From the IMG/VR virus record IMGVR_UViG_2852309159_000005, positions 53,414 to 73,413 of that record: DNA of 20,000 nucleotides; one strand, 5' to 3'. The translations under genes and the position numbers were made by a program. Positions 17,242-20,000 of this stretch are shown piece after piece; position 1 is the stretch's first letter, and each line of letters opens with the position of its first letter. The notes under the pieces were generated by a model. That model saw only the letters and a list, made by a program, of their open reading frames with translations, had not been told where the DNA came from and did not search any database. Source of the DNA: an uncultured virus (IMG/VR IMGVR_UViG_2852309159_000005). Taxonomy: Duplodnaviria > Heunggongvirae > Uroviricota > Caudoviricetes.

Positions 17242-17643
17242 AAAATTATTCCTTTTTAGAGGATAAATAACAAAGCAATATTATATAATACACCTTCTGT
17301 TTATTTATTTAATTTTAAAAGAATATGTATTTTTAATATGTCTAATTAAGACTTTCTTAAAGTGAGTTTATTTTACTATCCGATATTCTTTAAAAGAAAG
17401 AATTAAAAATAGAGTGTTAACTTAGATGTGGTAAGAGTGGGTTTTATATTGATTAAATAAGACGTGTAATTAGATACTCTTATTTTGATGGTTTTATATT
17501 GCCATATAAATATAATTAAATTAACAAAATTTAGAACACTTATCTTTAATAAAATCCTCTTCTTTATTTTTTGCTTGCTATAAGCCCTTGTGATGGTTAA
17601 ATAGAATTGTAAATTTTTGTTTAATTATCATAAGGGCTTTTTG

Positions 17644-18315
17644 ATGAAAAAAATATTTATGGTTGCCGTTATATCTTCCTTATTAGTTGGCTGTAAGGTT
17701 GATTTAGAAACGAAAATAAATACAGATAACTTATTGTCTAGTGAGCAAAATATTGTTAAAGGAAATATTAATTTCGAAGTCTCTTCATGTAATGATTTTG
17801 AAGACTCAAGGAAAGAGTCTAAATCATTGATAGAATTAAAAAATAAAGTTCCTGAGATTTTCAGAGATGCGGAATATGTTGAATGTTATAAGCAAAAACT
17901 TAATTCATTCGCCCATTTCTCAATACCTGTTGGTGTTGGCAAGGTTGAAGACGGCCAAAACACTGTTGATACGGATCTAATGGTCTTCTCTTACAAAGAG
18001 ATATTGGCGGGGGTTTATGCTTCAGAAGGGGTAATTAAAAGGATCAAGCAAGCAGAAAAAAATTCACATCAAAAGATGGATTTTAGTATCAGCATTATTC
18101 TTATGCCCGGTAACGTGAAAATGGATAAGGTAGTTGCGTTAGGCGTGACATTTACAGGAGATACATCTAAAAATGATCCAGTATTAATAGGCAGAATTAA
18201 ATTTGGCAATAAACCACTGACTTTTAAATTATCAGATGTGTCAGTAAACCAATTAATGCAATACGGTATGGTTCCATTCTTAGTAACTCCTGAATATTTC
18301 ACACTATATAAGTAA
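17644..18315 (+). CDS. Lipoprotein of unknown function
   Basis: MKKIFMVAVISSLLVGC signal with lipobox LVGC. Confidence 0.8.
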   Translation: MKKIFMVAVISSLLVGCKVDLETKINTDNLLSSEQNIVKGNINFEVSSCNDFEDSRKESKSLIELKNKVPEIFRDAEYVECYKQKLNSFAHFSIPVGVGKVEDGQNTVDTDLMVFSYKEILAGVYASEGVIKRIKQAEKNSHQKMDFSISIILMPGNVKMDKVVALGVTFTGDTSKNDPVLIGRIKFGNKPLTFKLSDVSVNQLMQYGMVPFLVTPEYFTLYK

Positions 18316-18334
18316 CAGATATATCATCATATTA

Positions 18335-18361
18335 AAGCCCTTTAACGGTGAGTTGGGGCTT
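18335..18361. terminator. Probable terminator between convergent genes
   Basis: AAGCCC...GGGCTT stem after the lipoprotein stop. Confidence 0.4.
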
Positions 18362-18506
18362 AATTATGATGAGTAAATAGTTAGTCATTGACAAGTTGGC
18401 ATTGGAATTAAAATAGTTTTTTGGACACCTTAGAAAACCCATAAAGACGGTCTAAAAAATTGATATACAGAACATCAATAACGCACTGTGCACTGATAAC
18501 GGGTTA

Positions 18507-19084
18507 TTAGTCGCCAATCAATGAGGTAAAAATCTTCTGATAAATTGCACGTACAAGGCTCTGTTTTTTCAGGTTATAATCTTGAGTCGTCTTTACATTA
18601 TGCTTAGCAAGCTGTTTAATCGCCGCATAATTGGCTAAATCATCAGGATGTGTTGTTAACCATTGCTTGAATAATAGGTGGCGCCAATGTTCGAGACAAT
18701 TTTTTTCCAAATACATGTAAGTTAACCATCGGATTACTCAGTTTAAGCATACGGTGCTGATACCATGAAGGCTCACGAATAATGAGTTCATAGCCCAATG
18801 CCTCTAATTGAGGAATATAAGATGATTCATCTTTAGGATTTTCTATAATTAAATCGATATCAATTATTGGCTTAGCAGCCAATCCTGCAACCGCAGTAGA
18901 TCCTATGTGCTCAATTGATAATGCTATATCTGACAATGCATTCTGAATTAACGATTTTTGTTCATTAAATTGTATAAGCCAATTAGGATTATGGGGGACA
19001 ATTTCAATGTGTATTTGGGCAGGTTTCCCTTTAACCCAAGGGTTTTTCCGTCGGATCACCTTCTTCAAAAGTGCAAATATCCAT
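18507..19084 (-). CDS. GrpB (UPF0157) nucleotidyltransferase-like protein with two apparent +1 frameshifts (T5 19043-19047, T7 18700-18706)
   Basis: IEHIGSTAV.GLAAKPIIDID, NLHVF, HLLFKQWL..HP...YAAIK and Y..KK motifs. Corrected start reads MDICTFEEGDPTENPWVKGKP. Confidence 0.85.
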
Positions 19085-19225
19085 TTTTTGTTGTGGTGTA
19101 AATTGATCTTTAAACATGACAATATCTAATCCCATAAAATATCAAAATTAACATGTTAGGTAATGATGTTACTATTATCACTTTTACCTAAGAGCTGTAA
19201 ATCGATAGTTTATTAATATTGACAT

Positions 19226-19274
19226 AAAAAGATAATCACAATACAAAAATTAATTTCATTATATTGTGATTATC
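19226..19274 (-). terminator. Second copy of the hairpin terminator after the DUF1120-like paralog
   Basis: GATAATCACAATA (19231-43) and TATTGTGATTATC (19262-74), same stem as 16492-16530. Confidence 0.6.
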
Positions 19275-19289
19275 AATTATTTTTTAGGT

Positions 19290-20000
19290 TTAGACACCAA
19301 AGTTAAAAGTGAGAACAGCCTCGCCGATAAAATCTAATCCGTTAGAAATATCTATGCCTTTTTTATTTAATGAATCTTTAGATAAAATAAATGCAGAAGA
19401 TGCTTTCCCTGCTGAAATGCTGGTAGAAAAAATCTGACCTGGCATTAAATCTAAACTATTTTTATCTACATTTTCTTGTTGTTTTGTCGTCCAACCATTA
19501 GTGACTTCTTTAACTATAACAGTTTTATTATCTGAAAAACCTACCGTTGCATCATTTGCCCGGCTAATAAATGCGGGTTTTCCATCTACAGTCACATTGT
19601 ACCAAACGAATAGTATTCCCCCCACGGAAGTGTCTACCTGGTCTTTATTAACCAGGTGAAATATCCCACTAGCTTTAGTTTTACTGGTTTGATCAAGATC
19701 AAGCTGACTGTTTACATAAGTATCAGTGGCTTTAAATGTAAGATAAGTGTTTGCATCGCATTCAATAGTGACGTTAGTCGAGGTTGTATTATGAGGATAT
19801 ATATAATTTGATGATTTAGGGATCAACGATGGACTAATTTTACCTAAATCAAAAATAACATCACTTTGTGTTGCGCCATTAATAGTACAAGTTGGTGGTT
19901 TGATATCACCATTGATTTTCAAATTAGCGATAGGCGTTTTAGCCAATACTGGCGTTGATATTACAGTCAGCATAACAAGACTGAGTAATGTTTTTTTCAT
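19290..20000 (-). CDS. DUF1120/fimbrial-subunit-like exported protein, 236 aa
   Basis: Signal peptide MKKTLLSLVMLTVISTPVLA, Cys pair (PPTC...ECDA), beta-rich body; paralog of 16545..17241. Confidence 0.85.
   Translation of the reverse strand: MKKTLLSLVMLTVISTPVLAKTPIANLKINGDIKPPTCTINGATQSDVIFDLGKISPSLIPKSSNYIYPHNTTSTNVTIECDANTYLTFKATDTYVNSQLDLDQTSKTKASGIFHLVNKDQVDTSVGGILFVWYNVTVDGKPAFISRANDATVGFSDNKTVIVKEVTNGWTTKQQENVDKNSLDLMPGQIFSTSISAGKASSAFILSKDSLNKKGIDISNGLDFIGEAVLTFNFGV

Noticed and set aside
579..18302. Short shadow ORFs (579-782, 1356-1550, 2864-3046, 3942-4130, 4057-4293, 5425-5667, 6741-7001, 8349-8660, 9042-9266, 10589-10819, 11072-11287, 12053-12280, 12630-12890, 16564-16785, 16700-16906, 18069-18302)
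   Set aside because: All lie antisense or out of frame within better-supported genes.

Overview
Bases 1-~16055 are the right-hand part of an integrated phage satellite (PICI/P4-like element) in a low-GC enterobacterial genome, most likely Proteus. It carries a c4-type antisense RNA/ash-icd control region, a coupled early operon (DUF4222, ORF6N antirepressor), a Zn-ribbon/TOPRIM/DUF927 primase-helicase with a GGGATAA iteron origin, a ProQ/FinO protein, an Abi (HEPN) gene preceded by a structured RNA, an SSB-like gene, and an att site resembling a tRNA 3' end. No capsid, portal, terminase or tail-tube genes are visible. Where a packaging module would be expected there is instead a LexA-box-preceded operon with a tail assembly chaperone and a ~1000-aa lambda-type tape measure protein, a candidate tail-hijacking or interference module. 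The non-coding DNA of the element is packed with many different short direct-repeat pairs, IHF consensus sites and palindromes, which may form a decoy binding-site array. Right of the att site lie two paralogous DUF1120/fimbrial-like exported protein genes, a lipoprotein gene and a GrpB-family gene. At least 8 net +1 frameshifts, mostly in homopolymer runs, suggest sequencing error rather than true pseudogenes. Family assignments come from recognised motifs, not database searches.
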